64,000 nt of DNA, taken from NCBI GenBank assembly GCA_051294375.1, contig CM119270.1:20005160-20069159 (forward strand), given 5' to 3'. The DNA comes from Paraspadella gotoi (Eukaryota; Animalia; Chaetognatha). Below the pieces are notes generated by a model. The model was not told the DNA's origin. It saw nothing but the letters and a program-made list of their open reading frames with translations, and did no database searches. This document shows, piece after piece, positions 24,281-60,748 of the stretch; position 1 is the stretch's first letter; each line of letters begins with the position of its first letter. Made by a program: the position numbers and the translations under genes.

Positions 24281-27200
24281 ATGGCGGGAACAGCGACGGG
24301 GTCCATGACCGGGTCGACCTCCAGGTCAATGACCGGGTCATCTTCTAGGCCAATGACTGGGTCATCTTCGGGGTCAAGTATCGATTTGACCACCGAGTCG
24401 GTTGCCTGGAGACTAAACGGAATCAGGATCGAGGATCTCCGACCTCGAGTGGCTCGTCCGCTTCTATTCGATCGCGGGATTCCTTTCGGAGAGACTTCGT
24501 TACAGCAACAGCAGCAACCGCAGCAACTACAGCATCAACGACCTCCTTATCTTCCCTCTCTTCCCCATCAACCTGCCTCTTCGATTCATCCTCATCTTCA
24601 TTCACCTCGACTTCCTCATCCCAATTTTCAACCGGATTTTCATCCTCACCCGCAGCAAAATCACCCACCCAAGCTCCACCTTCCCGCCTTTCCCGAGCCA
24701 CGCCCACTATACCACTCGAGCGGCGCCACCGACGTCAATCAGCCTTTCGATACGGCGTCGTCTTCCGCGGCGTCTTCCTTTCACGGCGCTCATTTCACCG
24801 CGCCGGTTACCTCGTCGATGGCGCCGTCTTTTCATCGATCGATCGATCCGTCAAAATTAAAGGCGTCGTCGGCGGCGTCGTCGGCGGCGCCGTCTCGCGG
24901 AGATGACGTCGGGAGAGACGACGGAATCCCGGCGGCGCGGGGTCAAGATTTCGGCGCCGTCGCTTCCTTCTTTGCGCCGCGGAATCTTTCCGGAATTCTC
25001 TCTCTCCATGTGACGCCGGATTTGAGCGCCGCTTTAAGTTGGTTTCAGGCCAAGAATTTTCTCTGCGACGTCATCCTTCATTTTGAGTCGACGACGACGA
25101 CAACGATTAAGGAGGACGGGTCGCTCTCCATCGCCGCCCTCGCCGCGCACAAGGTGAGATAGTCTTTCAAAATGAATAAAAGTTCTTCCATTTGTAAAGC
25201 TACTATATTACATTAAAATATCCAAATATTATTTTAAAAGTGAAATTATTACAAAATCTTATTTAAAGTATTGAGGTTATGATAAAAAAAAACTTCTAAG
25301 AGAAACACATCAAAACATATTGATAATAATTTGAACAGCTACAATATGCAAATTAGATTAAAGAACTCGAACCAAAAGTCACTTAGCTACATTCTTAATA
25401 TGTTGATAAAGTTTTAACAGTATTTACGCAGTTGCCATCACAACTAATCAACTTAGTATTTTTTCATTATTATATTTCCTATTTTCCCATTCATCCCTCT
25501 ACCCAAAGGTGGTCCTCGCCGCCACCTCCCCCTACTTCCACCGCATTTTCTCCTCCCCCGAATCCACACCTCCTTCCACTTCCACCAACTCCACAACGCG
25601 ACATCTCCACCTTCCCCATCCCATCACCTTCGCCGCCATGAAACTGATTCTCGACTGGATGTACGGACGGGAGGTTGGGGTGGAGGCTGGAGAGGCTGAG
25701 GAAGTTGCGGAAGCGGCGAAAGTGTTGGGGATCGAGTGTCTCCCTTTAGGAGAGGGACAGCAACGGCAGACACTGCAGCATGAGGAACCCCTTCGAAAGC
25801 GTCACACTCAGCCGCAACTTGTGCAAATTGATACTCAAGAACCACAGCAAATCGACTGTCTACTTCCGCAAGATATTCAACAAAAGCAAGAGCTTGAATT
25901 TTCGCAAAAAAATTTAATGAACAAACAATTTTTAATCCCTTCTTTAATTCAGCATCACCCAAAACATTTTCACCCGACATTCCAAGAACAACATCTTCAG
26001 CAAAATCATTCCCAACTTCTGCCTTTACTGCAGCAAGAACTGACAAACGATTCTCTTCAACAGCAACCGATAAACCCGTCCCTTCAGCAGCAAACGTTTA
26101 AACAATCCTCTCTTCAGCAACATTCTAACCAGTCTCTTCAACAGCAATATTCTAACCAGACTCCTAAACAGCAACATTCTAACCAGACTCCTAAACAGCA
26201 ACATTCTAAACAGACTCCTAAACAGCAACATTCTAACCAGACACCTCAACAGCAAGCTCAAAAACAAGTCCATCAACTGCAACATCCTAACCAATCTCAT
26301 CAACAACAGCACCAAGATGATCAATTGATGGAGTGTCTCCACATCCCCGAGGAGTCGAAACCTTCGTCGTCGTCATCGTCGTCGCCGCCATCTTGGGATC
26401 CAGAGAATTTGCTCCGAGAGATGGAGATAAACAATTTGATTCCCGACGCTGGCCGCAAAGACGAAACTGGCCGCAAAGACGACGATGTCCGACAAGACGC
26501 TTACGACACCGACGCTGACCTTGATGTCACGGACTTTACCGACTTTACCGACGAATGCAGCGAAGCCGAATATTCTCTTACTACGACGGATCTCCCTGGC
26601 GGCGGCGGCGGCAGCGGCAGCGGCAGCGGCGACGCAGGATCGAGATCGAAAAAACGGAAAACGAAGCGAAAAAACGAGAGAAACGAAGTCGACGCTGATT
26701 CAGATTACGAGAGCCTCCCGTCGGTTGGAAGCGGCGGCGGCGGCTGCGGGGGCAGCGGAGGAGGCGGGGGCGGAAGCGGCGGCAGCAGAGATTCTCGGCG
26801 CCGACAGTCGACCGGAAAATCCGGTTTCCTCGTTCCTCTTCCTCCGGACGTCGATCCCAGGATTTCGGCGGCGATAAAGTGAGGCTTGTGGTTTTTGGTC
26901 TTGTGGTCAAATTAATTGTGGCTTGTGTGGTTTTACGCTGTTTTTCCTATAAGGGTTTTGTTAAACTTAAGCTGTGTTTTCGTGGTGTCTTGTCTTGTGC
27001 TGTGAGATCCAGTATTCATTTTATTTAATTCTTAAGCCCTATTTGATTTATTTGTTGATTTATATAAATATTTATATCGTATTTAATCCACTCCCCAATC
27101 ATTTTCCCCTGAACAGAGATTCCATCTTCCACTGTCCACAACCCCAATGCGACTACCAACTGGGTCGCGTCTCATTCGTCTCTTACAAGGACCCTCTTCC

Positions 27201-27575
27201 CAAGTGGATCCAACATTGCGCGAGTCATCTCCTCAAGAAGCACGGCGTCGAGACGGCCAACGTCTTCAAGTGCTTCGTCGACGGGTGCGGATTCGCCGCC
27301 GTCGTCAAGTCAGATCTGGATAATCACGCGCGGTTGAAGCACGAGGTCTACAAGGTGAGATGAGGCCGAAGACGAGTCAGAGAACATCGAAGACATAATC
27401 GGATCCAAGGACTCGCCGATTGGATGAATCACCATCGGAATGGACCAATGAGAAGAGGGGCTTCATGACATCGGGAAAACGAGCCCAGAATTAAAGAAAT
27501 TTGTACAACCTGAATTGCATTGAATGATATTACTTACAATATTACATGCTATATCTCACCTGGCGGAGTTTTAAA

Positions 27576-27614
<39 letters not shown>

Positions 27615-28705
27615 CTCTTCTCTCTCTCTCTCTCTCCTCTCTTCTTTCTCCCTCCTCTTGACAGGAGCTCACACTGCGCCCCCTGTCAAAAATCCTTCGC
27701 CACTAAAATCGCCTTTGATTATCACATGTTGATGAGTCACGACGACGCGAACAAAATGGCGGTCGAGTGCGACGTCTGCCAGCGACAACTACCGTCAAAG
27801 GTTAAAATTAAATACAAAATATCTTTTTTTTTTCTTTTCGTTGAAATTATAATACTTAACGAATATAAAGTTTTAATTAGTAAAAACAACGACAATGACG
27901 GATATAAGCCTTATAGCTTTGTTGCTATAATTTTAGTAATAAATTTTTTACAGATTATTTAAAAATGTAGTTTAGTCCAATTTACTTTTTGAACACTTTT
28001 CTTTTATATTCTTAGTAAAAACTTAAAACATTTTATAAAAAATTTCACTCTGATTTTCTATTTAAAACTATAAAATTTTCTTTGGCGTCAGTTCCTTTGT
28101 ATCACCTAATAATTTTGACATCGTTCTTTCAAACAAAAGGCGGCACTATTTGCCCACACACGCAGCGCGCACGCAGAAGGGCAGACTTTAAGGTGCGACT
28201 CTTGTGATTTTCAAACGGGACTTCGTTATCTCTTTCACCGTCACATGTTCGCCTCTCACAAAATTCTCTGTCCGGGTAAGTTTGAGTAACTTACTTTTAT
28301 TATTTAAATGAAAAAATTAAATCTATTAAATAAATACTTATTTTCAGGCGTGAAACTCTACACCTGTGAAATTTGTGACTCGTTCAGTTCCACCATCAAA
28401 ATGGAAGTGAAACGTCACATGATCAGCCACACTCACGTCAAAAACTTTCCCTGTCAAGACTGCGGCAAAAAGTGAGTAAAGACTTACCTACCGTTGCTGC
28501 CAATGGCGAGGAAAGCCTTTTTGGATTGAAGTATGATTCCATTTAAGCCTCTGAAAAAGAATTTAGCACAAAAAAAGAAAAATAAATTATGATTTGCGAA
28601 AATCCTCACATCTAAAATGTCGTGGTTGGAAATGGTAATATTAAAAAGGATTTGTCCTGTCGGAATCTACCTAATTGATTTCTCATTCTCCTTCTCTCAC
28701 TCTCT

Positions 28706-28800
<95 letters not shown>

Positions 28801-29087
28801 CCCCCTCTTCTCTCTCTCTCCACACCCCAGATACAAAACCCGCGCCATGATGGAGACCCACTGGAAGCGATGCCACTCGGGCCTCAAAAAAGTCTGCCAA
28901 GTTTGCGGCGCCGAATACAAACACGACACGGGTCTGCGCGACCACATAAAACGCGCCCACACTGAGAAAGGGGCCCACAACTTTAAGTGCCCCTATTGTC
29001 CACACTCTTCGTTTTCTGAGCGGAAATTGTAGGAAACACGTCATGAGGGTTCACGCAGGATGGAGGGTGAGAGAGGCGGGGGGGGGA

Positions 29088-29161
<74 letters not shown>

Positions 29162-29575
29162 TTCTTTCTCTCGTTAAAGGTTCGCTACATTGACCTCCGA
29201 CGCGAAGGAGAGAATCACAACCGATCGACAGAAAATCAAAACAACAACAACAACAACAACAACGTAGACGTCGTCGACAACAACGCCTTCACCAGCAGCC
29301 ACACCATCACCGACGCCGCAGAGTCGCTCTTCAACAGCAACAACCACAGCCCCGCGTCGCTGGAGTCGCTGCGCTCGCCTAGATATCTCGACGACTTTAT
29401 CCGGACGGAATCCCCGGCACCGGAGAGCCTCGCCGAGACGGGGTTGCCGGAAATGGGAGGGATGGAAGGAGGGACGCCGGAAATTGGAGGGACGCCGGAA
29501 CTGAAGGCGAAGAAACCGGAATTCGAGACGATTGAAGATTTACTGACGGCATTCTTGAGACAGAATAAGAGCTGA
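24281..29575 (+). CDS. BTB/POZ and multi-C2H2 zinc-finger transcription factor (ZBTB-like)
   Basis: Exons 24281-25153 (..NFLCDVILHF..AAHK), 25509-26878 (VVLAATSPYFHRIF..LILDWMYG; Q-rich linker), 27117-27354, 27665-27800, 28140-28275, 28348-28471, 28831-29066 and 29180-29575. About nine C2H2 fingers, e.g. CFVDGCGF..HARLKH, CAPCQKSF..HMLMSH, CQVCGAEY..HIKRAH, CPYCPHSSF. A couple of 1-nt indels. Confidence 0.9.
26105..26255 (+). repeat. coding 27-nt tandem repeat (QQHSNQTPK)n
   Basis: About five copies of cagcaacattctaaccagactcctaaa and variants, in frame in the BTB-ZF linker. Confidence 0.85.
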
Positions 29576-29811
29576 GAAATGAATCACTATTCATTTATTT
29601 ATTTATTTATCTACTAATTATTTATTTCTAATAATTTATTGTGGTGAAGAACTGCTCCGTTCTGAAACATATTCTACTAAAAAATTATCGCAATTTATAT
29701 TTTTTTTCGTCACAATTGAAATAATTTTACAGACTTTTCTGTGTTTTTATCGCTTCGTTGTGTTCGTTAATTTTCGTTCATCAAGCAAATAGAACAGAAA
29801 AAGAAACGGTA

Positions 29812-51986
<22,175 letters not shown>

Positions 51987-52789
51987 TTTATTATTGAGCG
52001 ATTCGATTGTTTTTTATAATGATCGTTGTTTCGTTTTTTTGTTGTGATTTATCGCGAATTTTAAATAAAAAAAACTTTATTAAGCATTATTTTAGCCTTT
52101 TCTTCTTTCCAATCTAACTTTAGTAAACTATAACTTTAAAATCAACTCTCTAAAGCAAATTCAAAGTCGGACAATCGATCTATCGACTATTGCGTTTTAT
52201 GATAGCCAAATATCTATCCAGGCCTTTGTAAAGAAATCACAATTCTAGTTGTACTGCAACTTTCGTAGATTAGAAACAAATCTGAACAAAAACAGCTTTT
52301 TAAATGCTTAATTAATTGTAATTAAATGTAATTAAATGCCTATCTATAAAACATTTCTGCTTTTGTTAATTAAAAAATATAGACCACTAACCAAAGTTAA
52401 ACAGAAAAAGTTAAAAAGAAAAGGTTTAATTTTTTAAAAAATATATAAATATTTTCATTATATTCTAATGACAACAATATAAAAAAATTGAAAAAAATCT
52501 TGCATCCTTTAAATTTATTAAAAAAAATTAATGTTTTTTTAAAAAAAAAAATTAACCATTTAGTTGGAACATAAAAATAACAAAACTTGGTAACTAAATA
52601 AATTGCCGTTGAAACTTTAAAAATAAATAATTATAATAATTAGGACTTTTTAACAAATATAATATGATTCATAATATTATATTGTTCCCTAAAAAACGTC
52701 ATAAAGATTCTTTTTTTTATTTACGTCCATAAAAGGCGAAAAGCAAACTAGCTGGGCGGATAACTACCATAATTCGTATAGTTTCCTCC

Positions 52790-55160
52790 ACTCTCATTCT
52801 ATTCCACTGACTCCTCCACATATCTTTCTCTAATTTTCTCTCGCGACCCACCCTCCTCCCTGCTCCTTCTCTCCTCGTGATTTCCATACACAGCGATGAG
52901 AGTCACGAGGACTTCACGATAATACCGCAAGAGATTGTGGCGTCATGAACGAGGCGTTCGAGCGTCCGCGCGCCGACGCCGCTTTCCTCTTCACGCGACC
53001 TGAACTCGAGAGCTTCTGTGTGGTTTCGCGCGGAAGTCTCAGCTAGGGTGCAAAGGTGAGGGCTCTGGGTGGTGAGAAAAGGGGTTGAGTGGAGGATGCC
53101 GGAGAGAGCGGGAAAGATTCGAGGTCAGATAGCTCATTGTATTTAATATATGGATTAGGGGTACCCCACTCAGTTGGTCATGTTCAAAAATTAGAATGAG
53201 TCACCATGCTCACAATGGAAAAATGTATATCTAGTTGTATTACATTTTAATGCTTTCACACTTGTTCTTACTATGGTATACATACCCAAATAATTATAAC
53301 TTTTAATATTTATTTATAGATTGTTTGGAGTACGTGTAACCCAATGGAAGCCATAACCCACATAAGCTTGTACAAAGTCAGGCTTTATGCGATAGTTATT
53401 TGCGTGAATGAATGAATAATTGAAATAAATATTTATAATTTTGTCACCAATTTACATGAACTGGCGTCTAAAAATTAAAAAAATAATACAGACAACAGGA
53501 CAACGACGACAACGACAACGACAAACGACGACCCGAATTCACCCCCAGCGCCGGGAGTCACGCGGTGCAGCGGAAAACAGAGCAGACGACGCGCAAGAAT
53601 TTGACATTGACGAATTTATGTCCTTGGCCCTGAGCGGGGCGGAACCCACGGCCGTCGGGATTCGTGAGCGGGCTGGGGTAGTGAAAGGGCGCGGGCTGCG
53701 TGGGGAGGGGCCTTGCCCTGGGGGAGGGCTGTGATCGAGGGATGTGGCGAAGCGGCGAGTGAGGGAGACGTGAGTGAAGGCGATTGGAGATTCACCGGAG
53801 ATGTCACTATGACGGACGGGAATTTCTTGGAAAGAAAAAAAAATATGATTATGGATCGATACAAAGATTCATAGATTTGATTATAAATAGATTACGTAAA
53901 TCTATGATTGACTGAATGCTCACCGCCGGTTGATTTAAACGAAATGCAACAACGGCAATCTCGTTTTTGAAAATGCTTTACTCCGCGACGGCTGCGCAGA
54001 CACTGCGGCCGCCGCCGCCCCGCCCGCCCCCCTTTCTATCCCGCGTCAACGCCCACATCCCGGTTTGTATCGAAGATTCGATCTAAAAATCAAAACTGTA
54101 AAATTAAATTAAAAATGTTATCGTTGTTACAACTAAATATTTTTTCCCAGCTCATTTTTATATTGTTAAATTAAAAAAGTAAGGGTTAAATTTTGTGCAT
54201 TCGTCGTCGTACCTCGGTCCGATTACAGCTTTAATTTCACAATAAATTAATTATTTTAACTCAAAATATTTGGGTTATCGTTATGTTTAGGGTTTGGTTA
54301 AGAATTTGCGTTTAGAAATTTTTAAGGAGATTATGTAGAGATTAAGTATGGTTTAGATATTAGGTTTGGGGATTAGTATTATTGTAATTGGTAAAAGGTT
54401 TAAACTAGAGATTAACTATTTTGAGTAGCGTAATAGGGGGGGAAGGGTTTCTGCTTTTTTCGAAAATGTCACTGTCACACTAATTTTTTCATCTACATCT
54501 CGAAAAAAGACATTCGCCGAATTCACGTCCTCTCATATTTCTTTTTTTCGTCATTGTCGTCCACATAATCGTCGTCGTCATCGTCGTCGTCGTCGGTCGT
54601 TCACTTTTCCTTTTCATTTTCCATCGAAGATCTGATGACGTTCATCAACTCACCCATCGACGTCTTCCACTGGATGAAGATCGCAAGCGGTCGTCGTCGT
54701 TCGTCTTCGTCGTCACGGCGGCGCCCCATTCGCTGATTGTTGTTTCTTTTGTAACTGAAACTTTATGCTGTCACCTCTTTCTTTTTGTTCTCGAATACCT
54801 GTGAGGGAACGAGTCTATGTGTCACACGCGCCGCCCGGCCGCCCGCGTCCGCCGACCGCCGCGCAGCCGCCAGCCGCCGCCGCCGATTTCAACCGCATTC
54901 CGCTCGCGCTCCGAACCTCGACCCTTGGGCGGCGTTTCTCGAGCGCGCGCCCTGCCAACTCCCGCTGCTGCCCCGCGCGCCGCCGCCGTCGCCGCTCTCG
55001 ACCTCTCGACCTCTCGACGCGCTGATCAATCGAGCGAAACTTTGACTCCTTTTCTTTTTGGATGTCGCTGTCTCGTTTGTGTCGTCGTCGTTGTCGTCGT
55101 CTTCCTCTGGTAAGACTTTCGTTTAAACGAGAACAGATTGGCTTCCTTTGTCATTCATAA
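52790..55160 (-). CDS. CD225/dispanin-family membrane protein, copy 1 (indel-ridden)
   Basis: Colinear with the cleaner copy at 61505-63750; frames are broken by many indels. Confidence 0.55.
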
Positions 55161-55422
55161 TTTTTCTTTCTATTATTTTACGACTAATTTAATTAATTTG
55201 ATTTTTTTATTGATACATGTTTTTTTCCTGATACCAATTTTACATACGTTAGCTTTATTGTTCCGCTAACTTTTTTAAAGTGTTTTTTTTTTAACGAAAT
55301 TAAATGATTAATTATCATTTCACAATATCTTTACCCACTTACAATATTTCAACTATTGTTTTCTACGCAGTTTCGAAGAATTTCGTCGTGATTTTATCTC
55401 TCTCTTTCCTCCTTGAAATCAG

Positions 55423-57511
55423 CGGAAGAGAAAAAAGTTTTGGGCGAAAAATTAGTTGGAATCGTGAACACGAATATGATGCATCACGCGCAGCTGACGA
55501 CGCCTTGGTCCGTGCTGGAGTCGGAGGAGGTAAGGCGGTTGATGGGGATGTTGTTTTCGATGTTGTCTGAGGTTGTTGGTGTTGTCGTTGACGTTGTTTA
55601 GGCCGTTGTTGTTCGAATTCTCGTAAATTTTAGACATAATTGTGGTCAGATAAAAAAAAATCGAATCGAATCGAATCGAATCGAATTCAGATTAAATTAA
55701 ATTAAATTAAATTAAATTAAATTAAATTAAATTAAATTAAATTAAATTAAATTAAATTAAATTCAAATTAAATTAATTTAAATTAAATTTAATTTAATAA
55801 AATCCATCTCGACTCAGGAAGCGGCTCTGACGAGATACTCGACGGACGGCCTCTGGGTGCTGCCCTCTTTCCTCAACACGGGGTCGTCGACGAACGTGTT
55901 GGCGATTTGCGTCGGGGACGTCCTCTTCTGCAAAGCGTCGCGGGAGATCAGGCGAGTTTATGAGTTCGTTTCCTTGTTATTTAGTCTTTTATTTATTTTA
56001 ATGATTAGTTATATTACGCTTATATCACTCAAGATAGTTTTGAGATTGAAATTGCTAAGTTTATTCCGCCACTAGACTTGATTGACATGATGGCTCATTG
56101 AGAAAAGCTCATAAATTCACAACCCGCGTATGTAGGACGGGTCTGAATCGCTTTGGAGCCCTCTTAAGAGACACTATGCTGACAAGAAGTTCCAGGCGAT
56201 GAACTGTTTTCTCTTGACTTGATCACCAATCCCCACTCCCCACTCCCCACTCCGTACTCGTCACTCCCCACTCACCACAAGATGTTCCAGGCGCTGAACT
56301 GTTTTCTCCCCTGACGAAGAGTCACATATAGTCTTCACTTGATCCCCACTCCTCACTCCCCACTCCCCACAAGATGTTCCAGGCGCTGCAACTGTTTTCT
56401 CTTGACTTGATCAACCACTCCCCACTCCCCACTCCCCCACTCCCCACTCCTCACTCCCCACTCACCACAAGATGTTCCAGGCGCTGAACTGTTTTCTCCC
56501 CTGACGAAGAGTCACATATAGTCTTCATTGATCCCCACTCCTCACTCCCCACTCCCCACAAGATGTTCCAGCGCTGAACTGTTTTCTCTGACTTGATCAC
56601 CACTCCCCACTCCCCACTCCCCACTCCTCACTCCCACTCCCCACAAGATGTTCCAGGCGCTGAACTGTTTTCTCCGCTGACGAAGAGTCACATATAGTCT
56701 CACTTGATCCCCACTCCTCACTCCCCACTCCCCACAAGATGTTCCAGGCGCTGAACTGTTTTCTCTTGACTTGATCACCACTCCCCACTCCCACTCCCCA
56801 CTCCCCACTCCCCACTCCCACTCCCACAAGATGTTCCAGGCGCTGAACTGTTTTCTCCGCTGTACGAAGAGTCACATATAGTCTTCACTTGATCCCCACT
56901 CCTCACTCCCCACTTCCCCACAAGATGTTCCAGGCGCTGAAACTGTTTTCTCCCCTGACGAAGAGTCACATATAGTCTTCACTTGATCCCACTCCTCACT
57001 CCCCACTCCCCACAAGATGTTCCAGGCGCTGAACTGTTTTTCTCTTGACTTGATTCACCACTCCCCACTCCCCACTCCCCACTCCCCACTCCTCACTCCT
57101 CACTCCCCACAAGATGTTCCAGGCGCTGAACTGTTTTCTCCGCTGACGAAGAATGCACATATTGTCTTCACTTGATCCCCACTCCTCACTCCCCCACTCC
57201 CCACAAGATGTTCCACGCGCTGAACTGTTTTCTCTGACTTGATCACCACTCCCCACTCCCCACTCCCACTCCCCACTCCCCACTCCCCACCCCCACAAGA
57301 TGTTCCAGGCGCTGAACTGTTTTTCTCGCTGACGAAGAGTCACATATAGTCTTCACTTGATCCCCACTCTTTCCTGGTTCATTCCACCCGCATAGCGATG
57401 CTGTATGACATATTTTAGGATCAACGTTCAATGTTGCGACGAACTCAATGTCTCTGTCCGCAACTCATCGCTTCCTTTTTTTCTCTCCCTTGTCTCTCCG
57501 CCAATCTTTCC

Positions 57512-57542
<31 letters not shown>

Positions 57543-58919
57543 CCCCCTCCCCTGGAGAATTAGCCAAAGGCAGAAACGTCAAAATGATTTATTCTTTTTT
57601 TTTCCTTGAAAAAAAAAAAAAGAAACAGAAAAAGAAAAAAATTTTCTCCGAAAAAAATCTGCGTTTAAGGAGATCAGGCCTCGCCCCCACCCCCGAGACG
57701 AGGCTGAAAGGGGGGATTTTCTTTTCATTTTTTTACTTTTCTTCTTATATTCTTTTTTTCTTTCCTTTCCCTGGTTACAATAACTGAATGAGCACTTTTC
57801 GAGGTTAACGTTTCATTAAAACAGTAAACGTCTCGCTTTGCAAAATTCTATAATTTAATAATTTTATTTATAAAACAATTGTTTTAAATATCAGTTAGCT
57901 ATTTTTTTAATTTTCTACCTGTAGAAATTGTATACATATATGTACATTAAAAAGGGGCATAATTTGAAATATATATCCTGATCTAAATCAAAACTTCAAA
58001 TCCGAATCCATATTTGAATCCAATTCTTATTTTAAATCCGAATTTAAATCCAAATCTGACTCTTATTTTAATTCCGAATTAAAATCCAAATCTAATTCTC
58101 ATTTTAAATCCGAATTTAAATCCAAATCTGATTTTTATTTTCAATTCGAATTTAAAACCAAATCTGATTCTCATTTTAAATCCGAATTCAAAACCAAATC
58201 TAAATCTAAATCTAAATTCGAATCCAAATCTAAATCCGAATCTAAATCTAAATCCTTTCCTTATAAAAGTATTTTTCCTTTCGTTGTTTACTGAACGAAA
58301 ACTCAATTTCTGGGTGAAAAATTTTCGGCGACTTTTCTTCACCTTTTCACTTTTCACGCGCAATTTTGATAAGTTTTGTGAAATCCCTGGGGGGGGGGGA
58401 ACGTGAGTATGACAGAGACAGAGACAGAGAGAGAATTCGAAAGTAGATGGAGAGAATGTAAGACAAAGAGCGGATAAATAAAATGCTATTTATCTTATAA
58501 TTTTTAAAATGAAAGTTTAAATTTCGACAAATCAGAGTGAAAAGTTGAATTTATAACAAAGAAATTGATAAGAAACTTTGGTTTTTTATCAGGGCCGGTG
58601 AAGAATTGCTCGTCCCTTACTCGATCGAAAGACTCTGGGGCAAAAGAGAGGTGAGTGTTGGTTAAGAGGGTAAGGAAAGATAAGATAATGCGAAAGAGGG
58701 TGAGGCAACTTCAAAGGTGAGAAGCGAGATGGATTCTTGAAACTGCTAGACTCGATTTTCGTAAATTCGTAAAACCAATATTAAAATAAAATAAGCAATC
58801 ATAACCCCTGACTCCGGAAAGGCTATGGACAATGGTGGGCTTAGGCCTCCATTAATAACGTAGCATTGTACGTAGTGGACTTTTCTGGTAACATTTTTCC
58901 TCTGATCACTTTCATTTGG

Positions 58920-58961
<42 letters not shown>

Positions 58962-59514
58962 TCTCTCCGTCTGCTCTCTCTCTCTTTCTCTCGTCTCTCT
59001 CTCATCTCCCCTCTCCTCTCTAATCAGTGAAAATGGCTGCAAAAGACTCGCCTAGCTCTTGTAGCCAAATCTATAAACTGATGGACCCGGGCCGAAATTA
59101 GACAATCCTATTCGAGTTGATTGTAATTCGTATAAATATTTCCTCCGCAACATTATTATTTTTTATCAAATAAGAATTTGATTTTTCCTCAGGAATTCAT
59201 GACGCATCACGGGATTCCGATGCCACCTGACGAGGACTCACCGCTCAAAGGGAAATCTCAACAAATGAACAAAATCGATGCGAGAATTTCGGAAATCGGA
59301 AGTGAGAGATTACAAATTTAAAGTATTACAATTTAGATTGTAGCGGCACAGGATATATTTGATTTATATATATCTTTTGATGGCTAGAAATATAAATAAA
59401 ATATAAAGACATATTGTATTGAGTGTCATTGAAGTTTTGGATAGTTAATCAGAAGGCGCGTGAAAATAACTAACAATGATGTGGGTGCGTATGTGTGAGA
59501 GAGAGAGAGAGAGA

Positions 59515-59566
<52 letters not shown>

Positions 59567-60748
59567 ACGTAAATCGGGTTTGACCTCACGAGGTCGAAAC
59601 CTTTGTTTTAAAAACGATGACCCTTTTGTCTTTATTTTCTCAGACATGATGATCCAAAAAAGATTTTCTGAAGCCGAAAAAAACTTGGAATCGTTGATGA
59701 AGAAAAATAAAAATCTCATAAACAAAGACGCCATTTTGGCCGAGTTGCTTTTTAAGAAGGTAGAATAATATCGGCACTATTATTCGAAAGCGACCTAATT
59801 CTGTTCCTTAATCATAAAATCTTTTTATAATTTAATTTTAATATATTTTTAAAAAAATTAATTATTTTTTAAACTTTAATTAAAATTTAATCATGTTAAT
59901 TATTAAACCTAATGTTAAATACTATCTTTTAATACTAAATATTTATCCTTAACCCTAATTCTTAATCCTTATTAAATCTTTGGAATAATCTATAAACCTA
60001 ATCTTTAACCATAACCGATGACTTTGTTTTAAAACTTGTAAAATAATTTAATTATAAATTTAATTTTAGATTGAAATGGGTAGTTATTAGAAAATATTTA
60101 TTTCTCAATTTAATAAAACTAATATTTAGAACAAACTAACTTTCAGGCAAAATGTCGGAGCGAACTTGGAGATTCGCCAAGTCAAGTTCTTTCTATTCTC
60201 ATCTCCGCTTTGGAAGCGGAGAGGAAATTTAGACCGCATGGAAGGTGAAACAAACAAACAATAAAGAAATCAATAAAGAAATCAATAAATCAATAAATCA
60301 ATCATTAAAACAATAAATCGATAAATAAATCATCAAAATCTTTAGAATCTTTAGAATCTTTATTTGTGAATTTACTTTTTCATTTGATTCATTGATTCCC
60401 TCTTTTTCTCACTTCATTAATTAATTTTTTTAAATTTTGTTCTTGAACTCATTGGTCGATTCTTTCGTTTTTTAAAAAAAATTATTTATTTATTTATTTA
60501 ATCAATCATTTAATCATTCATTCACTCGATTTATCCATTCATTCATTCAATCATCCATCCATTCATTCACTCATTCATTCTTTCCACTTTTTCTCTTTGA
60601 CAGCGATCACGTGACCACGGTCCTTCAGTGGCTTCGATTTCCGAATTTGACTCAAATCGAAATCGAGAAAATCGATTCGATTTTGGATGAAATGATTTTC
60701 GTCGTTTATGGATCAACTCAATCCGCCGCCATTAAAATGTTCAAGTAG
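55423..60748 (+). CDS. duplicate 3' half of the TPR-SET gene (SET C-terminal part and helical tail)
   Basis: Exons 55423-55529, 55818-55951, 58593-58650, 59193-59301, 59644-59759, 60147-60244 and 60604-60748 splice in frame: ..GLWVLPSFLNTGSSTNVLAICVGDVLFCKASREIRAGEELLVPYSIERLWGKREEFMTHHGIP..SAAIKMFK*. Confidence 0.8.
56180..57370. repeat. higher-order minisatellite, second copy
   Basis: Same 13 units and same ABABABABBABAB order as 47178-48390. Confidence 0.9.
57985..58255. repeat. degenerate AAATCC/AAATCT/GAAT minisatellite (also at ~49045-49330)
   Basis: Repeated aaatccgaat(t)taaatccaaatct motifs. Confidence 0.75.

Noticed and set aside
19855-29066. Frameshifts in PINCH and BTB-ZF exons as evidence of pseudogenes
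   Set aside because: Isolated 1-nt indels in otherwise conserved frames match the indel noise seen between the LTRs and duplicate copies; probably sequencing error.
58079-58363. FRFGF-repeat ORF
   Set aside because: Antisense reading of an intronic AAATCC/AAATCT minisatellite.
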